Source: Candidatus Microgenomatus sp. (GTDB taxonomy: Bacteria > Patescibacteriota > Microgenomatia > UBA1400 > PJMF01). From it: DNA of 57,020 nt. Made by a program: the position numbers and the translations under genes. How positions within the stretch are numbered: the first letter of the stretch is position 1; each line of letters begins with the position of its first letter. Positions 7,453 to 17,800 of the stretch are shown one piece after another. The stretch covers positions 1 to 57,020 of the forward strand of contig DYGL01000002.1 in NCBI GenBank assembly GCA_020724725.1, read 5' to 3'. The notes under the pieces were generated by a model that was given only the letters and a program-made list of their open reading frames with translations, was not told where the DNA came from and did not search any database.

Positions 7453-9969
7453 CTAAACCACCACTAAATTAACAACCTTGCCAAGGACGTAAATTTCTTT
7501 TTTGATGGATTTGTCAGCCAACCACTTTTGCATACTCGCTAAGCCTCTGACATGACTTAAAATGGCTTCTTTGTCAGCTAAAGCTTCAGTTGGCCAAGAA
7601 AGCTGTTCCCTCACCTTGCCGTTGACTTGAATGATCAGGTTGGTATTGGCCTCTAATAAGAATGCTTGGTCAAATTTTGGCCAGGATTCCAAATGAACTG
7701 ATTTCTGCGCGGCCAAGCCCAAAACCCGACTTTGTTCGTAAAGTTCTTCAGCCATAAAAGGTGCTAGTGGCGCCAATAATTTGATGTAATCTACTATCTC
7801 AGTCTTATCAAGCAAGTGAACCTGCTCGCTAGACATTTTTTCAAAAACATTGCTCAATTCCATTAAGGCTGCAATGGCCGTGTTGTATTTAAGCTCTGGC
7901 AAGTCGACAGTTAACTTCTGGATGGCCCAGTGAAGCTTCTGCAGCAGCTCCTGTCTATTTTCAGCCATTTTAAGAGAACCAGCCTGATATTTGGCGATCT
8001 CCAGAGTCAACAGGCGATAAGTCTTGCGCAAAAAGCGCGCTACCCCAGCCACTGCGCGAGGGTTCCAAGGTTTATCTGCCTCTAGCGGTCCCATAAACAT
8101 CTCATAAACACGCAAAGTATCAGCTCCATATTCCTTGATAATTTCGTCTGGATTGATGACATTGCCTTTGCTCTTACTCATCTTGCGTCCGTCTGGACCA
8201 AGAATCATGCCTTGATGACGCATCTTGGCAAAAGGCTCGCCCGATGGCAGATCCAAATAACCCTCATCACGCAAAAACTTGGTAAAAAATCTCGAGTAAA
8301 GTAAGTGTAAAACGATGTGCTCTGGGCCGATCAGATAAAGATTGACCGGCATCCAAGTCGCTAAGACTTTTTTGTCAGCAAATTGCTCATGATCTCTAGC
8401 TGCGCAGTAGCGCAAATAATACCAACTACTGTCTACAAAAGTGTCCATGGTGTCATACTCTGGCGTCCAACCTTTGCCATAAAGGCGTTCGACGCGCTCA
8501 TGGAATTCTTTGGAAGAACGAAGGGGTGATTCGCCAGTAGGCTTGAAATCAACATCCTCTGGTAAAAGCCAAGGCAAATGCTCTTCCTTGACCAAATGAG
8601 CCTGACCTTCTGGATCATAGACAACAGGAATAGGTGCTCCCCAATAACGTTGGCGAGAAATTAGCCAGTCTCTGAGCTTGTAAGTGGTTTGCCACTTGGC
8701 GAAACCGGCTTCAATCATCCACTCGGCCATGGCCTTTTTACCCTCGCCCCAAGCATCCAAGCCATCAAATTGAGCTGAATTGACCAGAACACCCTCGCCT
8801 TCAAAAGGCTTCTCTCCTTTGGCTACCGCGTCATTTAAAGCCTGATCGGCGTAACTAACCACTTGCTTGATCCCTAAGCCATATTTTTTGGCGAAAGCAA
8901 AGTCACGCTCATCATGAGCTGGCACACCCATCACAATTCCAGTGCCAACATTCATCAAGACATAATCAGCAATGTACAAAGGAACTCTTTGCCCATTAAC
9001 TGGATTGATGACCAGCAAACCGGTGTCGACTCCAGTCTTGTCCTTTTCACCGATCTTGCGCTCTTCTTCAGTTTTTTTGAATGCTTGATCTAAATAAGCC
9101 TGCACTGTGCTTTTTCTATCAGTAGGAACCTGTTCTTCAAGCTGCATCTCCAAAAATTTCTCTGGAGCAATGACTAGAAAGGTTGTGCCGAAAACAGTCT
9201 CGTGGAATTTAGTCCAAACGGTTAGTTTTTGCTTGGTTTCTGCCAGATTAAAATCGATACTTAAGCCCTTGGAGCGACCGATCCAGTTGATCTGCTGTTG
9301 CTTGGTGGGATTTGGCCAGTCCACTTGCTCCAAACCATCAATAAGCTCATCTTGATAAGAGGTAATCTTGAAATACCACTGCTTGAGATCTTTTTGAATG
9401 ACCTGACTATCACAGCGCTCACAAAGACCGTTGACAACCTGCTCGTTGGCCAAGACGGTTTGACAGGATGGACACCAGTTGACCTTGCCTTCGCCCTGAT
9501 AAGCCAAACCTTTCTGATAAAGTTTTTGAAAAATCCACTGCGTCCAGCGGTAATACTCTGGATGATTGGTGGCAATTTCTTTGCTCCAATCATAAGAAAT
9601 AGCCAAGCGTTTGACTTGACCACGAAAAGTGTCGATAGCAGTCTTAGTGGTCTGCTTGGGGTGAATACCAGTCTTAATCGCATAATTCTCAGCTGGCAAA
9701 CCAAAAGCATCCCAACCAACTGGAAAAAAGACTTTTTTGCCTAACATGCGTTTGAATCTAGCTTGGATATCCAAAGCCGTTTTTGGCTCGACGTGACCGA
9801 CGTGCAAGCCAGAACCTGAAGGGTAAGCAAAGGCGTAAAGCAAATATTCTTTGTCTTTGGCTTCTGCCTCGCTCAAGGATAAATCTCCGCCACAAAACAA
9901 TTGACTCGCTTCCCATTTTTGGAGCCACTTCTCTTCAACAGCTAAATGATCATATTTTTGATCTGGCAT
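7453..9969 (-). CDS. leuS: leucyl-tRNA synthetase
   Basis: 838 aa. HIGH-type motif HVGH, KMSKS motif in RKMSKSKGN, and a zinc-knuckle/CP1 editing region. Confidence 0.95.
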   Translation of the reverse strand: MPDQKYDHLAVEEKWLQKWEASQLFCGGDLSLSEAEAKDKEYLLYAFAYPSGSGLHVGHVEPKTALDIQARFKRMLGKKVFFPVGWDAFGLPAENYAIKTGIHPKQTTKTAIDTFRGQVKRLAISYDWSKEIATNHPEYYRWTQWIFQKLYQKGLAYQGEGKVNWCPSCQTVLANEQVVNGLCERCDSQVIQKDLKQWYFKITSYQDELIDGLEQVDWPNPTKQQQINWIGRSKGLSIDFNLAETKQKLTVWTKFHETVFGTTFLVIAPEKFLEMQLEEQVPTDRKSTVQAYLDQAFKKTEEERKIGEKDKTGVDTGLLVINPVNGQRVPLYIADYVLMNVGTGIVMGVPAHDERDFAFAKKYGLGIKQVVSYADQALNDAVAKGEKPFEGEGVLVNSAQFDGLDAWGEGKKAMAEWMIEAGFAKWQTTYKLRDWLISRQRYWGAPIPVVYDPEGQAHLVKEEHLPWLLPEDVDFKPTGESPLRSSKEFHERVERLYGKGWTPEYDTMDTFVDSSWYYLRYCAARDHEQFADKKVLATWMPVNLYLIGPEHIVLHLLYSRFFTKFLRDEGYLDLPSGEPFAKMRHQGMILGPDGRKMSKSKGNVINPDEIIKEYGADTLRVYEMFMGPLEADKPWNPRAVAGVARFLRKTYRLLTLEIAKYQAGSLKMAENRQELLQKLHWAIQKLTVDLPELKYNTAIAALMELSNVFEKMSSEQVHLLDKTEIVDYIKLLAPLAPFMAEELYEQSRVLGLAAQKSVHLESWPKFDQAFLLEANTNLIIQVNGKVREQLSWPTEALADKEAILSHVRGLASMQKWLADKSIKKEIYVLGKVVNLVVV

Positions 9970-10515
9970 AAGAGTTTTCCTTTCTTGGGGATTGTACCGC
10001 TATTTTAAATCTAAGGCAATTTAGACTTTCAAATTAACCGATAACAACCCATAACTCATCAAAAGAGCAACTCCAAAAATAGGAAAAGTTATAGCCAATG
10101 ATTCCAAAGATAAACCAAAAGGTGTTTTTGTGTCTTACAAGCATTGAGCAAGAATTTCGGTTTCACTGATAGCTGCCAATCTGGAAATTTACCCAAAACT
10201 TAACCAAAGTACAATAATTAGAGACCAAAGATTTTTTCTTGCAAATTTAACGCTTTATTGTTGCAATATCTGGTGAGTTTATTAACGAAAATTAAGAAAA
10301 GTGGTTATAAATATATCCTTCTGTTATTTAATGCTTTGGGTTTTATAAAATTAAAGTCTACCCAAAAGTCTAAACTTTACGGATTATTAAACCAAAATAA
10401 AGACGAAAGCTTGTGAATAAGTCAAGTAAAAATAGTCAATTAAGGTCAATTTATAAGTTTTTTGCCATATCACCAGACTAAAATTTCAGAAAATAACAAA
10501 GAAAAGACGAAAATC

Positions 10516-11259
10516 CTATATTCTAAGCAAGTTTTGTAGCTTGGCGAGGATCTTTTTTGGACTCTCTACTTCTGGAAAATAATAGGTCAAAAGCGAGGTG
10601 TCTATTTCTAAAACCCCTAAAAATCGATTCAAAGCCGAAAAAAAACTAGATTTTTCCTGCTTCATAAATGATTTTTCATTTTCCTTTATACTTATCAGTC
10701 GATCAAGTTCTTTGCTAATACTTGAGTAGAGCTCAAAAAGGTCATGCAAGCCAGCCTTCTGTCCTATAACTTTGAAGTCGTCCCCAAAGAGCCAGTCAGT
10801 CGCTTTTAACACTAAAACTGCATTTTTATAAGATTTTTGTAGCTCTTCTTTGATACGAAGACTAATCTCTCCAGGATAGAGGTAGACTGCTCTAGTCAAG
10901 GCAACAGCTTTATTTTGAGTCAAGTAAGAGCGCAGATAGCGAAAATTGGCGTCTGTCTTAGGTGCCTGCAAAAAGACAAGGATTGACCAATCTCCCCTCC
11001 ATTGCTCGTGATTGGCAGAAAGAGCCGGAAAAAGCTCTTCTAATTGGCTCTGACCATAAGAACTAAGGCTGTATTTCCATTGACTTTGAGTTTTGTCGAT
11101 ACGAAGCAAATCTTTCTTATCCAACAGAAATAAAGATGACTGCAGGCCAGCCGGACTCAAATGAGGTAGAAGTTCCTGCAATCTAGCCAAATCAAGCCAA
11201 ATTGGCTTGTCATTAGAGGGATAAAGGAATAATAAAATCTTTTTACTATTTTCTTTCAT
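10516..11259 (-). CDS. PaaX-like putative transcriptional regulator
   Basis: The C-terminal half begins with WRGDWSILVF and continues with FRYLRSYL...AVYLYP, as in PaaX_C domains. The N-terminal 80 aa is plausibly a winged helix. Pattern-level call only. Confidence 0.45.
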   Translation of the reverse strand: MKENSKKILLFLYPSNDKPIWLDLARLQELLPHLSPAGLQSSLFLLDKKDLLRIDKTQSQWKYSLSSYGQSQLEELFPALSANHEQWRGDWSILVFLQAPKTDANFRYLRSYLTQNKAVALTRAVYLYPGEISLRIKEELQKSYKNAVLVLKATDWLFGDDFKVIGQKAGLHDLFELYSSISKELDRLISIKENEKSFMKQEKSSFFSALNRFLGVLEIDTSLLTYYFPEVESPKKILAKLQNLLRI

Positions 11260-11807
11260 AAATCAATCTTTTTTAACAAAAGACGCAAAATTTTAGTTAA
11301 TATTAAGCTAGCAAAGCCAAAAAACTCCAACAGTTTTCCACATTGGTTGATACCCAAAGCAGCTTTTTTGCCGTTCTACTAAGCAGTGAAGAAAAAGACT
11401 AAATTCTAATTCTCCAGATTAAAATTGCTTTTTTACTGTGTCAGAAAGGACAGCCAAAACCCGTATTTTTAGTTTTCACTTCACATAATACACAAAAACT
11501 AAGTGAATTCACAAGTGCAAATGTTGTGGAAAAAGTAATAAATAAAAAAAGGCCAATTTCGAGATAAAAACAATTCTGATCTCTTTTGTCAGTCTTTGAT
11601 CCTTATGAAAACCCGTGAAAACTATGCAGGATTAAAATAGACATTTACTCGAGTGTGGATTTCTGAAAGTAAAAGAAAAAACCCGAAAATATCTTCCCTC
11701 TTGCCTCTTTATCTGCTGTTATCTAGACTGGTAGAAGTTAAGAAAAAGGGGCCCAAAAAACATGTCTAATGATCTGGATTAGACAAGAAAAAAAAGACTA
11801 GTCGAGC

Positions 11808-14800
11808 ATGCCTGCCAAAATACCCAAACCTACTATCTTCGCAAAGGCTACTGAAGCTAAAAACGGCTTTTTGCAGACTGTGAGTGATTTGGCCAAGCAA
11901 AATGAGGTCAAAAATGACACCGCCAAAACCCAAAAAGCAGCTCCCCATCAGCTAAATAGATCAAATAATGTCCAAGAACATCTAAAAGACTACCTTTTGG
12001 CAGTCAAACAGACCGGCTGCTCAAACTCCACAATTCGCAATTACAAGAGTGATATCAATCAATTTTTCGAATTTTGTGAAAATGAGAGCCTTGAAGAATT
12101 GAGAAGCAAACCCAAACTACTTGCTTTTGCTCACTACCAGAGGGACAAGGGCCTCAAAGAAAGTAGCATTAAACGCAAATTGGTCAGCTTGACTCAATTC
12201 AAAATTTGGCTCAAAGACCAAGGTCTACTCAATTCTGAGATCCCACTTAGTCCTTTGACCAAAAATGCACAAAAAGAACTAAATGACGAGGCTGAAAGAA
12301 AAATTATCGACAATTACTCTGCTAAGGCACTTGTTAATGAGGCGAAAGAAACACCAAATCCAGAGGAAAAAAAGACGAAAGAAAGACAAAAGCCTCGCAG
12401 TCGCTTATTTATCTTGCTTAACATCCTAGCTCTCTTCCTTTTCTTGGGAGGCTTGGCTTATTTCGCTTATCAGCAATTTGGACAAGCTATTATCTCGATG
12501 GCTTATCCTAGTACCCCTGTCGAGCCAAATCGCATCTTGTCTTATCAAGGTCGCTTGACTGACACCGCCCAAAACCCAATCTCTATCCCCACCCAGATGA
12601 CCTATTCGCTCTATGATGCCGATACTGGAGGCACCTTGCTCTGGGCTTCAAACACTTGTACCGTTGACCCAGATCAAGATGGTATTTTTAATGCCAATCT
12701 GGGAGCTGGTAGTGGCACCGGAGCTGACAATGAGAATTGTGGCGGCGCCATTGATGAGAGCGTCTTTACTGAAAATGCCAATGTTTGGCTGGAAGTAGCT
12801 GTAGGAGCGGAAACCCTTACTCCTCGCCAACCCCTACGTACCGTTGCTTATGCTGTTAATTCTTCAACCTTGCAAGGCTTACCGCCAGCTGAAATCGCCA
12901 CCAACAGCACTATCTTGATGATGAATGCTGCCGGCGAAGTTGTTCTTGGCACTGACAACCCAGTGATCAAAGCAGCGACCACCAGCTCTGGCCTGACCAT
13001 CGAAGCCAACCAAATCTTGATTCAAACCTATGCAGGATCTAATGGTGACATCATCCTCGACCCAGATGGTAGCGGCATTGTTGACATCCAAAGTGACGCT
13101 AGCGTCTCTGGAGACACCACCTTGATTGGCAACGTCTATATCTCCAGTCCTAATAGCCTAATTTTTGGTGGCACAACTGCACTAGGAGAAATTACTTCCC
13201 CAACTGACTCTGGTGCCTATCTGATTGGCGTAAATGATCAATTTACTTACTCTAATTCGACCAACGTCCAAGGTGTACTTTTTGACCTGGATGATTCAAT
13301 CAATGATCTGGTCACAGGCGCCATAGGCGTTTGGACTGACTCCGGCACTCTCACCTATCTGACTTCAACTAGTGATGATTTTGCCGTAGGTGGCAATTCT
13401 CTAGCTGGAGCTTTTTCTGTTGATGTCTCAGATAACGCAGTCAGAATTGGCTCTGGTGCCACTACTAATGCCAGCCTCAATCTTTACGCTTCTGATGGCG
13501 ACACTGGCGCCTTGACCTACACTACTGACGACGCTTTTGTCTTTAGCGGTGGCGATCTGGCTCTGGCTGCTTCTAGTTATTTGAATTGGGGCTCAACCAT
13601 CGGCTCAACTGGCTATGGCTTGCGCGACAATGCTGGCACTTTGCAATTCAAAAACTCTAGTGGCACTTGGGAAAACATTGGTTCTGGTTCTGGCAGTGGC
13701 GATTCTTTCTGGTTAGAAACAGCTGGAGCACTATATGCAGCCAACCCCACTCTGGATCTGTTGATCGGAGGGAGCGCCACAAATTCGGCTAAATTTGCTT
13801 TTACCAATATTGCTTCTGGCACACCCACCTTCTCGATGGCCAATCAAGCTTCTGCTCTAGATCTAATAGACAGCACAGTTAATGCTTTGAATATCGAGGG
13901 TGGCTTAATGTCCTTTGACACCAGTAATTCTCGAGTTGGCATTGGTACTACTACTCCAGGCGCCTTGCTCTCGCTTGCTGCTGCGACCACCAGCAATGCT
14001 CAGCTTAATTTAGCTTCATCAGGAGGAACTGATCCTAGTAGTCTGGTAACTGGTGACTTGTGGTGGGATGGTACTAGTCTGAATTTCTACGATGGTAGCA
14101 GCACCAATGACTTATTGGCTGGTGGCAGTTCCCTCTGGGTTGACGCTGGCACTTACATCTATCCAGCTGGTGGCTTACCTATAGGCAATCCCACATCTGG
14201 AGGAACTAATAAAATCAGCGGTCTCTACATGGCTGATTCTGGCCCGCTTTATTTTGGCACTGATAATGACGTTAACTTCTCTTTTACAGGTTCTACTCTT
14301 AGCACTACTCTTGGCACCAACGCTTGGAATATCGCCAATGATTTACTTTTCCTAGATGGCAGTGGCAATCGCATTGGTGTGGGCACCAATTCTCCACTGG
14401 CTACTCTAGACGTAAGAGCTCTAGATACTGATGTGGCGGTGGCCTCATTCTCTGGCTCAACCAACCTTGCAACTCTAATTATTGACCAGACAGGCTCAGG
14501 CGACCTTTTTACAGCTTCTGCTTCTGGAGTGACTCAATTCGTCATCACCAACGGTGGTAATGTTGGTATTGGCGTAGCTGATCCAACCAGCAAATTGCAG
14601 ATTGGAGGAGCTTCTTCGACCATTTCCAACAGTAGCGGTGATATCACTATAGATGCCGCCTCCAACAACATCTCTCTAGCTGGTGATAACCTGATTAACG
14701 TCGGCAATGGTCTTTTTGCTGGTTCAGTGGGCATCAATACCACTACTCCAGACAGAAGATTAGAAATTGTTGATGCTAGCAGCCCACAGTTACGTCTCAC

Positions 14801-17800
14801 ACAGACTGAAGGATCGATTTATGCAGACTTTAACATGAATTCTAATGGCGATTTGGTCATGAATGTGGATGGTATCACCAATCAATTTGTCCTTGATAAC
14901 GGTGGTAATGTTGGTATTGGCCTAAGTAATCCAGATGAAAAACTAACCGTTAATGGCTCGATTAATGCCGAAAAATACTACGACTTCACCAACAAAAACT
15001 ATTTCTTAGACCCTGCAGCTGTCTCCACTTCACTCAAAACTGCCGGTGATGCTCATGTGGGCGGCGATGTTTACGTCGAAGGTGGTGAAATTTTCTTCAC
15101 TCCAATGTCTTTCTCCACCTCAACTACTGAAGGCACTCTTTATTATGATGACGACGTTGACCATTTATACCTTTATGACGGCAATAGCACTTGGCACCGC
15201 GTGGCCCTCGACATGACTAAATACTCGACTGACGGCACCATTTCCAACCAAGATTACCTACAAATCGCTCACAATCAAAATAGTAATGACTTAACCTTTA
15301 CCGTCTGGGTGAGAGATAAAATCACCAACCTCTGGAGAAAAATCGACCCTACTAGCTCAAGTGTCGACCATGACCTGAGTAATGAATTCAATCCAGAATT
15401 TACCCAAAAAGAAAAGGTTTCAGAAATTAAACTCCAGTACAAGGAAAATAACTTAGGTACCGGCGCTGATGGCTCCATCACTATCTCTGGAACGACTAAC
15501 TTAAATACTCAATTCCCCAGTGGCAGATCTTGTGCTGATGCAGTGATGTATAGCGTCTCAAGTTTAACTAGTACCACTGCCGTACTCACTTCTTCTCCTG
15601 CTACTCCTTCATGTTTAGCTCCCAATGATGAAGTCTTACTAATTAACTTGGCTGGAGATAACACTTCGGTCACTAATGTGGGTAATTATGAAACCTTAAG
15701 AGTGGAATCTGTGGTGGGTAGTACCGTAACCTTTAAGACTGCCAAGACTAGATGGTATGGAAGAGGAGCAAGTGATGACACCGGTATCGGTACAACTGAA
15801 GGCACGCAAAGAGTAATGCTACAAAGAGTGCCTAACTACGTCAATGTAACTGTTAATAACGGTGGCTACTTGGTTCCTTCTGCTTGGAATGGTGCTACTG
15901 GAGGTGTAATGTTCTTTAGAGCCACTGGGACTGTATCTGTGGCTGGTGGTGGATATATTCACACCAATGGTATGGGATACCGAGGTGGCGGTTACTTTGG
16001 AGCTTGGTATGGTGGCGTAGGCGGTGAATCAATGTGGGCAGACAACGTCTATGGTGGTGATGGTGTTGAAGGTGGTGGCATGGGTGGCTATTACAATGCT
16101 GGAGGTGGATACACTCCATACGGTGGTGGTGGAGGTGGTGGTGGTGCCAGAGGTCATGATTCACCTGCAATTGGAGCTGGTTCTGCTGGTACTACTACAA
16201 GAGGTGGTGCCGGAGGTGGTGGAGGTGGAACACATTCTACTAACAATTCTTATCACGCTCGTGGAGGAGGTGGAGGTGGTGGAGGTGGTGGAGGTGGAGC
16301 TGGTGGAGGTGGTGTAGCTTGGGGAAACAACGGTGCTGCTGGAGGTGTGGATGCTAGTGGTAATGGTGGTAATGGTTACGCTCCAGATCATGCAGGAGGT
16401 GGTGGAGGTGGTGGTGGTGGAAGAATTACTACTCCAAATAATCTTACTCAGCTCAGATTTGGCTCTGGTGGTGGAGGTGGTGGAAACGGTGAAGTTTATC
16501 AAGTCCAATACACTGGAGGAGCTGGAGGAAGTGGTGGTGGTGTTGTGTATATTGCTGCCAACACCATTAGTAATAGCGGATATATATTAAGCAACGGAGG
16601 TGCTGGTGCAGCAGAATCTTGTCATAGTAGCAATTGGTGTGGAGGTGGTGGAGGTGGTGGAGCTGGTGGCTCAGTAAAACTTGTTGCCAACACCATGACT
16701 ATTGGAGCTAGTTTGGTACAAGCTGCTGGAGCTGGTGGTGGTGGAACCTACTGGGTTGGAGGAGCTGGAGGAAGTGGGAAGATTGCGATCTACTCTGCTG
16801 GAGCTGTTAGTGGAACAAGTTCACCCACCTATTCTCCATTAAGCTTGGAATACGCTAATTACGCCATTTTCACCTCCAAAGAAATCGCTACTCCAGATGC
16901 TACTGCTTACAACACCATTGCTTGGTCTGAAGATTTAGATACCAATGGCGAGATTCAGATTCAAACCAGATCTGGAGCAAGCTCTAATTCTACAGATGGG
17001 ACTTGGGAAGCTTGGAAGCCAGTGGTGAATGGGACGAATGAAATATCTCTAGAGAGTGCTAACAATCATGCTTCTTGGACAACTAGTACCGCTACTACTT
17101 ACGAAGGCGACATTTTACGTTATGTCAAAACTTTTGAAGATGAAAATGAAACCAATAGTGCTAATCTGACCAAAGTGGCTTTTGCTGGTAGTGGCAATGC
17201 CTACATCGAATCAACTTTCTCCAGTCAAAATCTAACAAATTACGACTATATCACTGTCTGGGTTAGAGGTAGTGCTAGTGGAGAAACCCTTAAACTTGGT
17301 ATTGGCGAAGCAGCTGGCAATGAGCAGGAAGAAACTGTTTTCATTGATCAAGCTAATGTCTGGCAAAAAGTGTACTGGGATATCACCGACATCTCCAGCG
17401 GTAGTAAAGATGCTATTACCAAACTTAGAGTTACCGGCACTACTCCAGGCACAACTTTCTATGTCGATAACGCCAAAGCAGCTCGCTATCTGACCACCAA
17501 CACTGGTTCGACAGTTTACTCTACAGCCGACGAATATTTCCAATACCGAGTCATTCTCAGTACCACCAATGTACTCAATAGTCCCAGTATTTCTCAAATC
17601 AGACTAAACCTCACTACTTCAACTAATGGCACCTTTAATATGGATGTCGACCAAGTGGGCTTGATCGATCAACAAGATAATACTGATAGTTCAATTCGCA
17701 ATAAAGAACCCATTACCCTCGACCGTCGACTCTATGACACTGGTACCGGCGCTGATGGCTCCATCACTATCTCTGGAACGACTAACTTAAATACTCAATT

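Noticed and set aside
9107-9744. Several 80-150-aa ORFs on both strands inside leuS.
   Set aside because: They lie within a continuous 838-aa ORF that has HIGH and KMSKS motifs, so they are alternate-frame noise.
11808-12230. The N-terminal integrase SAM-like domain as evidence for a tyrosine recombinase or mobile element.
   Set aside because: No catalytic (R-H-R-Y) integrase domain follows. The ORF continues into a TM helix and a structural giant. No attachment-site repeats or other mobile-element genes lie nearby.
15916-16590. His-rich, Val/Glu-rich and Ser/Thr-rich ORFs on both strands (15916-16170, 16024-16317, 16161-16508, 16333-16590), with exact copies at +2286 and a similar one at 20560-20961.
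   Set aside because: They are alternate-frame or antisense readings of GGT/GGA glycine-codon arrays inside the giant ORF. Their low-complexity composition is an artefact of the repeat, and the frame encoding the 4,186-aa protein is continuous.
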